From positions 1,178,001 to 1,242,000 of the forward strand of contig CATNEN010000014.1 in assembly GCA_950097015.1 (NCBI GenBank): a DNA stretch of 64,000 nt. The letters are read 5' to 3'. Source of the stretch: Macrostomum hystrix. Lineage: Eukaryota; Animalia; Platyhelminthes. The position numbers and the translations under genes were made by a program. Of the stretch, positions 23,618 to 38,994 are shown in pieces (position 1 is the stretch's first letter; each line of letters starts with the position of its first letter). Under the pieces are notes generated by a model. That model had not been told where the DNA came from. It ran no database searches and saw only the letters and a program-made list of their open reading frames with translations.

Positions 23618-26600
23618 CTTGAGCTTGAGTATGCTGCATGAGCCTGACTATGAGCTTGAGTATGCTGCATGAGCTTGACTATGAGCTTGAGTATGCTGCA
23701 TGAGCCTGACTATGAGCTTGAGTATGCTGCATGAGCCTGACTATGAGCTTGAGTATGCTGCATGAGCCTGACTATGAGCTTGAGTATGCTGCATGAGCCT
23801 GACTATGAGCTTGAGTATGCTGCATGAGCCTGACTATGAGCTTGAGTATGCTGCATGAGCCTGACTATGAGCTTGAGTATGCTGCATGAGCCTGACTATG
23901 AGCTTGAGTATGCTGCATGAGCCTGACTATGAGCTTGAGTATGCTGCATGAGCCTGACTATGAGCTTGAGTATGCTGCATGAGCCTGACTATGAGCTTGA
24001 GTATGCTGCATGAGCCTGACTATGAGCTTGAGTATGCTGCATGAGCCTGACTATGAGCTTGAGTATGCTGCATGAGCCTGACTATGAGCTTGAGTATGCT
24101 GCATGAGCCTGACTATGAGCTTGAGTATGCTGCATGAGCCTGACTATGAGCTTGAGTATGCTGCATGAGCCTGACTATGAGCTTGAGTATGCTGCATGAG
24201 CCTGACTATGAGCTTGAGTATGCTGCATGAGCCTGACTATGAGCTTGAGTATGCTGCATGAGCCTGACTATGAGCTTGAGTATGCTGCATGAGCCTGACT
24301 ATGAGCTTGAGTATGCTGCATGAGCCTGACTATGAGCTTGAGTATGCTGCATGAGCCTGACTATGAGCTTGAGTATGCTGCATGAGCCTGACTATGAGCT
24401 TGAGTATGCTGCATGAGCCTGACTATGAGCTTGAGTATGCTGCATGAGCCTGACTATGAGCTTGAGTATGCTGCATGAGCCTGACTATGAGCTTGAGTAT
24501 GCTGCATGAGCCTGACTATGAGCTTGAGTATGCTGCATGAGCCTGACTATGAGCTTGAGTATGCTGCATGAGCCTGACTATGAGCTTGAGTATGCTGCAT
24601 GAGCCTGACTATGAGCTTGAGTATGCTGCATGAGCCTGACTATGAGCTTGAGTATGCTGCATGAGCCTGACTATGAGCTTGAGTATGCTGCATGAGCCTG
24701 ACTATGAGCTTGAGTATGCTGCATGAGCCTGACTATGAGCTTGAGTATGCTGCATGAGCTTGACTATGAGCTTGAGTATGCTGCATGAGCTTGACTATGA
24801 GCTTGAGTATGCTGCATGAGCCTGACTATGAGCTTGAGTATGCTGCATGAGCCTGACTATGAGCTTGAGTATGCTGCATGAGCCTGACTATGAGCTTGAG
24901 TATGCTGCATGAGCCTGACTATGAGCTTGAGTATGCTGCATGAGCCTGACTATGAGCTTGAGTATGCTGCATGAGCCTGGCTATGAGCTTGAGTATGCTG
25001 CATGAGCCTGACTATGAGCTTGAGTATGCTGCATGAGCCTGACTATGAGCTTGAGTATGCTGCATGAGCCTGACTATGAGCTTGAGTATGCTGCATGAGC
25101 CTGACTATGAGCTTGAGTATGCTGCATGAGCTTGACTATGAGCTTGAGTATGCTGCATGAGCCTGACTATGAGCTTGAGTATGCTGCATGAGCCTGACTA
25201 TGAGCTTGAGTATGCTGCATGAGCCTGACTATGAGCTTGAGTATGCTGCATGAGCCTGACTATGAGCTTGAGTATGCTGCATGAGCCTGACTATGAGCTT
25301 GAGTATGCTGCATGAGCCTGACTATGAGCTTGAGTATGCTGCATGAGCCTGACTATGAGCTTGAGTATGCTGCATGAGCCTGACTATGAGCTTGAGTATG
25401 CTGCATGAGCCTGACTATGAGCTTGAGTATGCTGCATGAGCCTGACTATGAGCTTGAGTATGCTGCATGAGCCTGACTATGAGCTTGAGTATGCTGCATG
25501 AGCCTGACTATGAGCTTGAGTATGCTGCATGAGCCTGACTATGAGCTTGAGTATGCTGCATGAGCCTGACTATGAGCTTGAGTATGCTGCATGAGCCTGA
25601 CTATGAGCTTGAGTATGCTGCATGAGCCTGACTATGAGCTTGAGTATGCTGCATGAGCCTGACTATGAGCTTGAGTATGCTGCATGAGCCTGACTATGAG
25701 CTTGAGTATGCTGCATGAGCCTGACTATGAGCTTGAGTATGCTGCATGAGCCTGACTATGAGCTTGAGTATGCTGCATGAGCCTGACTATGAGCTTGAGT
25801 ATGCTGCATGAGCTTGACTATGAGCTTGAGTATGCTGCATGAGCTTGACTATGAGCTTGAGTATGCTGCATGAGCCTGACTATGAGCTTGAGTATGCTGC
25901 ATGAGCCTGACTATGAGCTTGAGTATGCTGCATGAGCCTGACTATGAGCTTGAGTATGCTGCATGAGCCTGGCTATGAGCTTGAGTATGCTGCATGAGCC
26001 TGACTATGAGCTTGAGTATGCTGCATGAGCCTGACTATGAGCTTGAGTATGCTGCATGAGCCTGACTATGAGCTTGAGTATGCTGCATGAGCCTGACTAT
26101 GAGCTTGAGTATGCTGCATGAGCCTGACTATGAGCTTGAGTATGCTGCATGAGCCTGACTATGAGCTTGAGTATGCTGCATGAGCCTGACTATGAGCTTG
26201 AGTATGCTGCATGAGCCTGACTATGAGCTTGAGTATGCTGCATGAGCCTGACTATGAGCTTGAGTATGCTGCATGAGCCTGACTATGAGCTTGAGTATGC
26301 TGCATGAGCCTGACTATGAGCTTGAGTATGCTGCATGAGCCTGACTATGAGCTTGAGTATGCTGCATGAGCCTGACTATGAGCTTGAGTATGCTGCATGA
26401 GCCTGACTATGAGCTTGAGTATGCTGCATGAGCCTGACTATGAGCTTGAGTATGCTGCATGAGCCTGACTATGAGCTTGAGTATGCTGCATGAGCCTGAC
26501 TATGAGCTTGAGTATGCTGCATGAGCCTGACTATGAGCTTGAGTATGCTGCATGAGCCTGACTATGAGCTTGAGTATGCTGCATGAGCTTGACTATGAGC

Positions 26601-29449
26601 TTGAGTATGCTGCATGAGCTTGACTATGAGCTTGAGTATGCTGCATGAGCCTGACTATGAGCTTGAGTATGCTGCATGAGCCTGACTATGAGCTTGAGTA
26701 TGCTGCATGAGCCTGACTATGAGCTTGAGTATGCTGCATGAGCCTGACTATGAGCTTGAGTATGCTGCATGAGCCTGACTATGAGCTTGAGTATGCTGCA
26801 TGAGCCTGACTATGAGCTTGAGTATGCTGCATGAGCCTGACTATGAGCTTGAGTATGCTGCATGAGCCTGACTATGAGCTTGAGTATGCTGCATGAGCCT
26901 GACTATGAGCTTGAGTATGCTGCATGAGCCTGACTATGAGCTTGAGTATGCTGCATGAGCCTGACTATGAGCTTGAGTATGCTGCATGAGCCTGACTATG
27001 AGCTTGAGTATGCTGCATGAGCCTGACTATGAGCTTGAGTATGCTGCATGAGCCTGACTATGAGCTTGAGTATGCTGCATGAGCCTGACTATGAGCTTGA
27101 GTATGCTGCATGAGCCTGACTATGAGCTTGAGTATGCTGCATGAGCCTGACTATGAGCTTGAGTATGCTGCATGAGCCTGACTATGAGCTTGAGTATGCT
27201 GCATGAGCCTGACTATGAGCTTGAGTATGCTGCATGAGCCTGACTATGAGCTTGAGTATGCTGCATGAGCCTGACTATGAGCTTGAGTATGCTGCATGAG
27301 CCTGACTATGAGCTTGAGTATGCTGCATGAGCCTGACTATGAGCTTGAGTATGCTGCATGAGCCTGACTATGAGCTTGAGTATGCTGCATGAGCCTGACT
27401 ATGAGCTTGAGTATGCTGCATGAGCCTGACTATGAGCTTGAGTATGCTGCATGAGCCTGACTATGAGCTTGAGTATGCTGCATGAGCTTGACTATGAGCT
27501 TGAGTATGCTGCATGAGCTTGACTATGAGCTTGAGTATGCTGCATGAGCTTGACTATGAGCTTGAGTATGCTGCATGAGCCTGACTATGAGCTTGAGTAT
27601 GCTGCATGAGCCTGACTATGAGCTTGAGTATGCTGCATGAGCCTGACTATGAGCTTGAGTATGCTGCATGAGCCTGACTATGAGCTTGAGTATGCTGCAT
27701 GAGCCTGACTATGAGCTTGAGTATGCTGCATGAGCCTGACTATGAGCTTGAGTATGCTGCATGAGCCTGACTATGAGCTTGAGTATGCTGCATGAGCCTG
27801 ACTATGAGCTTGAGTATGCTGCATGAGCCTGACTATGAGCTTGAGTATGCTGCATGAGCCTGACTATGAGCTTGAGTATGCTGCATGAGCCTGACTATGA
27901 GCTTGAGTATGCTGCATGAGCCTGACTATGAGCTTGAGTATGCTGCATGAGCCTGACTATGAGCTTGAGTATGCTGCATGAGCCTGACTATGAGCTTGAG
28001 TATGCTGCATGAGCCTGACTATGAGCTTGAGTATGCTGCATGAGCCTGACTATGAGCTTGAGTATGCTGCATGAGCCTGACTATGAGCTTGAGTATGCTG
28101 CATGAGCCTGACTATGAGCTTGAGTATGCTGCATGAGCCTGACTATGAGCTTGAGTATGCTGCATGAGCCTGACTATGAGCTTGAGTATGCTGCATGAGC
28201 CTGACTATGAGCTTGAGTATGCTGCATGAGCCTGACTATGAGCTTGAGTATGCTGCATGAGCTTGACTATGAGCTTGAGTATGCTGCATGAGCTTGACTA
28301 TGAGCTTGAGTATGCTGCATGAGCCTGACTATGAGCTTGAGTATGCTGCATGAGCCTGACTATGAGCTTGAGTATGCTGCATGAGCCTGACTATGAGCTT
28401 GAGTATGCTGCATGAGCCTGACTATGAGCTTGAGTATGCTGCATGAGCCTGACTATGAGCTTGAGTATGCTGCATGAGCCTGGCTATGAGCTTGAGTATG
28501 CTGCATGAGCCTGACTATGAGCTTGAGTATGCTGCATGAGCCTGACTATGAGCTTGAGTATGCTGCATGAGCCTGACTATGAGCTTGAGTATGCTGCATG
28601 AGCCTGACTATGAGCTTGAGTATGCTGCATGAGCCTGACTATGAGCTTGAGTATGCTGCATGAGCCTGACTATGAGCTTGAGTATGCTGCATGAGCCTGA
28701 CTATGAGCTTGAGTATGCTGCATGAGCCTGACTATGAGCTTGAGTATGCTGCATGAGCCTGACTATGAGCTTGAGTATGCTGCATGAGCCTGACTATGAG
28801 CTTGAGTATGCTGCATGAGCCTGACTATGAGCTTGAGTATGCTGCATGAGCCTGACTATGAGCTTGAGTATGCTGCATGAGCCTGACTATGAGCTTGAGT
28901 ATGCTGCATGAGCCTGACTATGAGCTTGAGTATGCTGCATGAGCCTGACTATGAGCTTGAGTATGCTGCATGAGCCTGACTATGAGCTTGAGTATGCTGC
29001 ATGAGCCTGACTATGAGCTTGAGTATGCTGCATGAGCCTGACTATGAGCTTGAGTATGCTGCATGAGCCTGACTATGAGCTTGAGTATGCTGCATGAGCC
29101 TGACTATGAGCTTGAGTATGCTGCATGAGCCTGACTATGAGCTTGAGTATGCTGCATGAGCCTGACTATGAGCTTGAGTATGCTGCATGAGCCTGACTAT
29201 GAGCTTGAGTATGCTGCATGAGCCTGACTATGAGCTTGAGTATGCTGCATGAGCCTGACTATGAGCTTGAGTATGCTGCATGAGCCTGACTATGAGCTTG
29301 AGTATGCTGCATGAGCCTGACTATGAGCTTGAGTATGCTGCATGAGCCTGACTATGAGCTTGAGTATGCTGCATGAGCCTGACTATGAGCTTGAGTATGC
29401 TGCATGAGCCTGACTATGAGCTTGAGTATGCTGCATGAGCTTGACTATG
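23618..29449. repeat. 5.8-kb highly homogeneous 31-bp satellite (ATGAGCTTGAGTATGCTGCATGAGCCTGACT)
   Basis: About 188 copies with only two recurrent single-base variants. No ORFs are listed across it in any frame. Confidence 0.98.
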
Positions 29450-30324
29450 GTGTGTTTTTGTGTAATGCAGAAGCCCTATACTCGTATTCTCATCTTTTTC
29501 GTTTCGCCATGCAAACGAATTTTCAGTGAGACCCATAAATTGCTAACTGAACGCTAAGCGAATTGTTGACGAATAGAAAACAATGCCTGCAAAAGCAGCA
29601 AGTCCGCAAAAACTGCTGCTTTTGTCCCCGTCCGCAGCTCAGCTCCCTATTGCAGGCCATCCAGAAACTGCGTCACAGTCGGTGGCTGCAACTTCTTCAG
29701 GCCACCCGCTCCGCTGCCACCCGCTCCGATCCGCTGGCTTGTCAGTCATCCGGGATTGAAATCAGCAGCGCCAAGTCAGCATTGAATCCTTTCATCCTTT
29801 GTCTGCAACCGGGGCCAAAGACAACGAAACAATGCGACCCACTGGAAGACTTCAGTTCAGTCGTCCGGGACCAAAAAAAGTGGGCTAAAATTTAAACTTT
29901 CGCGAGCCTCAGAAACAGATAGACAGTGGTCCTTGTCAATCAATTTGCGGCCATTGTGCCAGCCATGCAGTACCGCTCGGACACTAAACCGATACCATGG
30001 GCTTCTGATAGCGTTCTGAAATAAGTCAAGAAAAATGTATTGTTAAAATTAGCCAATAGTGAATGCAGAAGTGACGTTGCAAACAGGAATTGTAACGTCT
30101 AAACTTTAGGCTAAACTTTATTGCAGTTTTACAGATAGTATAAATAGATAGAAGAGAGCGCGTCCCACAAAATATCCATTGCACAATATTCAATTTATCT
30201 AAAAGCACTATCTGCCTCGCCATTTGTATTACCTCCACATAGAGCCAGCTCATCATCTCCAGCCCCTACCTTCGCAGGCAAAAACATTGCTAAAAACTCA
30301 TTCAGGAACTTCCTATCCAGATTC

Positions 30325-30880
30325 CGTCACTCCCCATCTCTGTTTTGTCACTCCCCATCCCCGTTGTCACTCCCCATCCCCGTTGTCACTACCCATCCCC
30401 GTTGTCACTACCCATCCCCGTTTTGTCACTCCCCATCTCTGTTTTGTCACTCCCCATCCCCGTTGTCACTCCCCATCCCCGTTGTCACTACCCATCCCCG
30501 TTGTCACTACCCATCCCCGTTTTGTCACTCCCCATCTCTGTTTTGTTACTCCCCATCCCCGTTTTGTCCCTCCCTATCTCTGTTTTGTCCCTCCCTATCT
30601 CTGTTTTGTCACTCTCTATCTCTGTTTTGTCCCTCCCTATCTCTGTTTTGTCACTCCCTATCTCTGTTTTGTCCCTCCCTATCTCTGTTTTGTCCCTCCC
30701 TATCTCTGTTTTGTCCCTCCCTATCTCTGTTTTGTCTCTCCCTATCTCTGTTTTGTCCCTCCCTATCTCTGTTTTGTCCCTCCCTATCTCTGTTTTGTCC
30801 CTCCCTATCCCTGTTTTGTCCCTCCCTATCTCTGTTTTGTCCCTCCCTATCTCTGTTTTGTCACTCTCTATCTTTCCCTA
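30325..30880. repeat. Compound ~19-21-bp minisatellite (CTCTGTTTTGTCCCTCCCTAT and relatives)
   Basis: The unit changes gradually from left to right. It explains ORFs 30224, 30345 and 30364. Confidence 0.9.
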
Positions 30881-31800
30881 GCACTCCCATCACTGTCGGG
30901 CACTTCCTAAATCTCTTGTTTCTCATATTTTTTCTCCTCTTTCCTGGGCAACCCCAATCATCTTATCTGGGCACTCTAATTCTATAACATTTTGGTACGT
31001 CCCATTTTCTCCCACTATCCTCCTCTGTCTCAGTCACTCGCAATCATTCCCGATCTCCGTGGTGGTCCGAATCTCCCACAATGAGTGGCTTTTTCGTGCA
31101 CTCCGCATTGCCGCAGCTTTGAGGCCGTTTGTTCAGAGAGAGCAATGGCCCACACACGCGGACTCGGCCGCATTGACGGAGGGCTGTGACGTAGGCAATG
31201 ACCCGCCTCTCATCTCACTCTGCATCTCCCTCAGCCTCGCGACAGTTTTTTAATAGCGATTATCCCTCAAAACAAAATGCGAAACAACACCAAATAAGAC
31301 AATAAAACACAGCACCGAGTCCATTAAATTGCCAATTGCTGTGTCGCCACTTGACAAACCAGGTGACAGCACAACATCTGACAGCCACTTCAGCCACTGC
31401 GGTGGGGGCAGGGACTCGTGGGGTTAACAAGTTGAGAACACTGACTCACTGACTCACGCAGTCGTGTGTGTGTGTGTGTGTGGTCGAGCAGCCGTGCTCA
31501 CAGCCCTGGGTTGCCCGGCTTCGCTCCTGGCCAATGGCAGACGTTCGCGGCCGCCCCAGCGCGAGAAAAAAGTTCGCAGCTTTTTGCCCGAGTCATTGTT
31601 GCCCCATTGTTCCCTGGTCTGCCAGTCAGGCGGTCCGTACCAAGGCTATTTAGCAGGGCCCCCGGAGACAAGGCAAGCATTAGTCTGAACCGAGGGACCA
31701 AGCAAAGACAATTACCAGGTAAGAATAATCGAAGCTGCCGTTTGCTTATCCATGAAATGGGCCAATTGCCAATTTGCTTATCTTCCAGCAGCAGCTGAAA

Positions 31801-33571
<1,771 letters not shown>

Positions 33572-34996
33572 ACCTATGAGACCTGAGCTACCTGGCTGCG
33601 GACACGTATGCAACTTCGCCAGGCTGTACCTGAGTACAGACTACCTACTCTCCATTTTAATTATCACCTAGAGTTCAGAACCATTGCAATGCCAGACTCC
33701 CAATTACCCAATTATGTCACCTGGAATCCCAAACTTCCTCCACGCCAGACTCTCAATTATCCAATTATGTCACCTGGAATCAAGACCTACTCGATCCATA
33801 CGACCTCCTCTATTTAAATCACCTGGAATTCCGACCTGGACATCAGAAACCTGAAAATGTTGATGCTGGGAGTTATTACCGCATACGAAAGTGCATAGTT
33901 ACTGTTGTGTTTTGACTCAAATGGAAAAGTTGTAATGGAAAAATACCGTTTAGCTTTATCTAAAGCAAGTGCAATTTCTTGAATTTCAGAAATTTTTAAT
34001 TTGTTCATTCACACAATATTTACATTTTTGTTCAATGCAATCGTGCCTTACTCGATCAAAAGCAACTAAATAAGTGCAATTTTTGCCTCTTCTGTCCAGC
34101 ATCGCCGACGCCGACATCTGCATGGCAAACCCTTCGCCAAAGATCACCAAAAGATTTTTTCACGAACTTTTTACTTTTTTAAGTGTCACTTGCTAAACGC
34201 GCACCTCTGTACACGTGCTGATTTCTAAGCCGCACTTCGCCTGTCGATAATTATTAGCCTATGCAACTGCACCTTTCTCTGATGTACCACCTGAATTGAA
34301 AAGTACACACGACAGCAACCCAAAGCCTGGTTGATGCGATCAGATACACCTCACTTTCACTTCCTAAATCAATACAATGAGCCAGAATAAAAAGTGGAGT
34401 TAATGGAGAACAATTAGATGCCGTCTGAGCAGCAGCAGCAGCAGCAGCATGGCAGTTGAGCACGAGAGCTCAGAGAAATCTAGGACAATGCACAAGATTG
34501 AGTTGAGATTCGCGGAATTACAGAATTCGGATCGATCAGCCGCCACTTTTCCTTTTCGACTCAACTATCTGCGGAGTCGCGAGCGAAGGATCTCGGCTCA
34601 GAGTCAAGAGGCAGCCGTCAGGAGCGAAAGAATTCTTTCCTCCACGATTGAATATTGGCCCTCAACAATGACATGGAGAGGCCACTCGACAGTGTTGCTC
34701 AAGCCACTTGTGGAGCAGCACAATGCCCCACTGCCAGCCCAGAGCTGCACGGAAGGCATTTCTTTGCGGCAAAAAGAACTCCGAGATCTCGCGGCAGTCG
34801 GAGCGGCGAAGTTGCTCGCGAGGCCAAGGACACAGCTGACTGACTGCCTCCATTTTAAATTTTGACAATTCACTCTTTTTTGTTTGAAGTTTCCGAAACT
34901 TCCGCTAAAATTCACGTGTTGCTGAGAGAAAAAGAGTGCGCCAAAATTTATTTTCAGTTTCCCTGAAGATAAATATAGACAATAGGAGACAATCTA

Positions 34997-35342
34997 TTCA
35001 GCACTGGCACATCATTCAGTGACGGTGGACCAGAGCTATTCAGCACTGGCACATCATTCAGTGACGGTGGATCAGAGCTATTTAGCACTGGCACATCATT
35101 CAGTGACGGTGGATCAGAGCTATTCAGCACTGGCACATCATTCAGTGACGGTGGATCAGAGCTATTTAGCACTGGCACATCATTCAGTGACGGTGGATCA
35201 GAGCTATTCAGCACTGGCACATCATTCAGTGACGGTGGATCAGAGCTATTCAGCACTGGCACATCATTCAGTGACGGTGGATCAGAGCTATTTAGCACTG
35301 GCACATCATTCAGTGACGGTGGATCAGAGCTATTCAGCACTC
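34997..35342. repeat. 42-bp minisatellite
   Basis: About 8 copies of ATTCAGCACTGGCACATCATTCAGTGACGGTGGATCAGAGCT. Confidence 0.93.
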
Positions 35343-35374
35343 CTCAGCAATTCAGCACTCCTCACCACCAGTGC

Positions 35375-38300
35375 TGGAATCCACCATGTTACAAATGCTG
35401 TTCAACATGGAATCCACCATGTTACACAGGCTGTTCTAAAGGCTGTTCTACATGGAATCCACCCTGTTAGACAGGCTGTTCTACATGGAATCCAGCCAGT
35501 TAGAAAGGCTGTTCTACATGGAATCCATCGTGTTAGACAGGCTGTTCTACATGGAATCCACCCTGTTAGACAGGCTGTTCTACATGGAATCCACCCTGTT
35601 AGACAGGCTGTTCTACATGGAATCCACCCTGTTAGACAGGCTGTTCTACATGGAATCCATCGTGTTAGATAGGCAGTTCTACATGGAATCCATCGTGTTA
35701 GACAGGCTGTTCTACATGGAATCCATCGTGTTAGACAGGCTGTTCTACATGGAATCCACCCTGTTAGACAGGCTGTTCTACATGGAATCCACCCTGTTAG
35801 ACAGGCTGTTCTACATGGAATCCACCCTGTTAGACAGGCTGTTCTACATAGAATCCATCGTGTTAGACAGCCTGTTCTACATGGAATCCAACCTGTTAGA
35901 CAGGCTGTTCTACATGGAATCCACCCTGTTAGACAGGCTGTTCTACATGGAATCCACCCTGTTAGACAGGCTGTTCTACATGGAATCCACCCTGTTAGAC
36001 AGGCTGTTCTACATGGAATCCACCCTGTTAGACAGGCTGTTCTACATGGAATCCACCCTGTTAGACAGGCTGTTCTACATAGAATCCATCGTGTTAGACA
36101 GCCTGTTCTACATGGAATCCAACCTGTTAGACAGGCTGTTCTACATGGAATCCACCCTGTTAGACAGGCTGTTCTACATGGAATCCACCCTGTTAGACAG
36201 GCTGTTCTACATGGAATCCATCGTGTTAGATAGGCAGTTCTACATGGAATCCACCCTGTTAGACAGGCTGTTCTACATGAAATCCATCGTGTTAGACAGG
36301 CTGTTCTACATGGAATCCACCCTGTTAGACAGGCTGTTCTAAAGGCTGTTCTACATGGAATCCACCATGTTACACAGGCTGTTCTACATGGAATCCATCG
36401 TGTTAGACAGCCTGTTCTACATGGAATCCACCCTGTTAGACAGGCTGTTCTACATGGAATCCACCCTGTTAGACAGGCTGTTCTACATGGAATCCAGCCA
36501 GTTAGAAAGGCTGTTCTACATGGAATCCATCGTGTTAGACAGCCTGTTCTACATGGAATCCACCCTGTTAGACAGGCTGTTCTACATGGAATCCACCCTG
36601 TTAGACAGGCTGTTCTACATGGAATCCACCCTGTTAGACAGGCTGTTCTACATGGAATCCATCGTGTTAGATAGGCAGTTCTACATGGAATCCATCGTGT
36701 TAGACAGGCTGTTCTACATGGAATCCACCCTGTTAGACAGGCTGTTCTACATGGAATCCACCCTGTTAGACAGGCTGTTCTACATAGAATCCATCGTGTT
36801 AGACAGCCTGTTCTACATGGAATCCAACCTGTTAGACAGGCTGTTCTACATGGAATCCACCCTGTTAGACAGGCTGTTCTACATGGAATCCACCCTGTTA
36901 GACAGGCTGTTCTACATGGAATCCACCCTGTTAGACAGGCTGTTCTACATGGAATCCACCCTGTTAGACAGGCTGTTCTACATGGAATAAACCTGTTAGA
37001 CAGGCTGTTCTACATGGAATCCATCGTGTTAGACAGGCTGTTCTACATGGAATCCATCGTGTTAGACAGCCTGTTCTACATGGAATCCACCCTGTTAGAC
37101 AGGCTGTTCTACATAGAATCCATCGTGTTAGATAGGCAGTTCTACATGGAATCCAACCTGTTAGACAGGCTGTTCTACATGGAATCCAGCCAGTTAGAAA
37201 GGCTGTTCTACATGGAATCAATCGTGTTAGACAGCCTGTTCTACATGGAATCCATCGTGTTAGACAGCCTGTTCTACATGGAATCCACCCTGTTAGACAG
37301 GCTGTTCTACATGGAATCCACCCTGTTAGACAGGCTGTTCTACATGGAATCCACCCTGTTAGACAGGCTGTTCTACATGGAATCCATCGTGTTAGATAGG
37401 CAGTTCTACATGGAATCCATCGTGTTAGACAGGCTGTTCTACATGGAATCCATCGTGTTAGACAGGCTGTTCTACATGGAATCCACCATGTTAGACAGGC
37501 TTTTCTACATGAAACCCTGTTACACAGGCTGTTCTACAGCCAGTTAGAAAGGCTGTTCTACATGGAATCCATCGTGTTAGACAGGCTGTTCTACATGGAA
37601 TCCATCGTGTTAGACAGGCTGTTCTACATGGAATCCACCATGTTACAAATGCTGTTCAACATGGAATCCACCATGTTAGACAGGCTTTTCTACATGAAAC
37701 ACTGTTACACAGGCTGTTCTACAGCCAGTTAGAAAGGCTGTTCTACATGGAATCCATCGTGTTAGGCAGGCTGTTCTACATGGAATCCATCGTGTTAGAC
37801 AGGCTGTTCTACATGGAATCCATCGTGTTAGACAGGCTGTTCTACATGGAATCCATCGTGTTAGGCAGGCTGTTCTACATCGAATCCATCGTGTTAGACA
37901 GGCTGTTCTACATGGAATCCATCGTGTTAGACAGGCTGTTCTACATGGAATCCATCGTGTTACACAGGCTGTTCTACAGCCAGTTAGAAAGGCTGTTCTA
38001 CATGGAATCCATCGTGTTAGACAGGCTGTTCTACATGGAATCCACCATGTTACAAATGCTGTTCAACATGGAATCCACCATGTTAGACAGGCTTTTCTAC
38101 ATGAAACCCTGTTACACAGGCTGTTCTACAGCCAGTTAGAAAGGCTGTTCTACATGGAATCCATCGTGTTAGACAGGCTGTTCTACATGGAATCCATCGT
38201 GTTAGACAGGCTGTTCTACATGGAATCCATCGTGTTAGACAGGCTGTTCTACATGGAATCCATCGTGTTAGACAGGCTGTTCTACATGGAATCCATCGTG

Positions 38301-38660
38301 TTAGACAGGCTGTTCTACATGGAATCCATCGTGTTAGACAGGCTGTTCTACATGGAATCCATCGTGTTAGACAGGCTGTTCTACATGGAATCCATCGTGT
38401 TAGACAGGCTGTTCTACATGGAATCCATCGTGTTAGACAGGCTGTTCTACATGGAATCCATCGTGTTAGACAGGCTGTTCTACATGGAATCCATCGTGTT
38501 AGACAGGCTGTTCTACATGGAATCCATCGTGTTAGACAGGCTGTTCTACATGGAATCCATCGTGTTAGACAGGCTGTTCTACATGGAATCCATCGTGTTA
38601 GACAGGCTGTTCTACATGGAATCCATCGTGTTAGACAGGCTGTTCTACATGAAATAAACC
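35375..38660. repeat. 3.3-kb 33-bp minisatellite (ATGGAATCCACCCTGTTAGACAGGCTGTTCTAC / ATCGTG variant)
   Basis: About 100 copies. It produces the MESTLLDRLFY and MESIVLDRLFY ORFs. Confidence 0.96.
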
Positions 38661-38994
38661 TGTTAGACAGTCGCTTTACATGACGTTAAAGTCATTCAAG
38701 ACATTGCATTGGAAATAATTAAACAATTAAGGCAAAAAAGTGTTTCACTATGTCAGACATTTGCTAGTATAAAAAATAAGTGGAACAGATAATACTAATC
38801 TATTAAAAATGCATTGTAGCAATGCAAAAAGCAGAGAAAAAGCGAAACTGCAACTGAGCTCAGAACTAATACGGCAGTTGCTCAGTGCGACCCAGTGGGT
38901 TCACGCTGAATGCTTAGCTCAGTAGCCAGAAACGAGCATGTACATCAGACAGTACCGGACACTGCAGGGCGGCAGAAAGGCGGCATGTTTGGTG

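Noticed and set aside
23618-29449. CRISPR-like array (31-bp unit; also the 33-, 38-, 42- and 47-bp arrays)
   Set aside because: Units are head-to-tail with no unique spacers, there are no cas genes, and the context is eukaryotic.
29563-29895. GC-rich ORF or possible exon after the large satellite
   Set aside because: No recognisable domain and no partner exons; cannot support a gene call.
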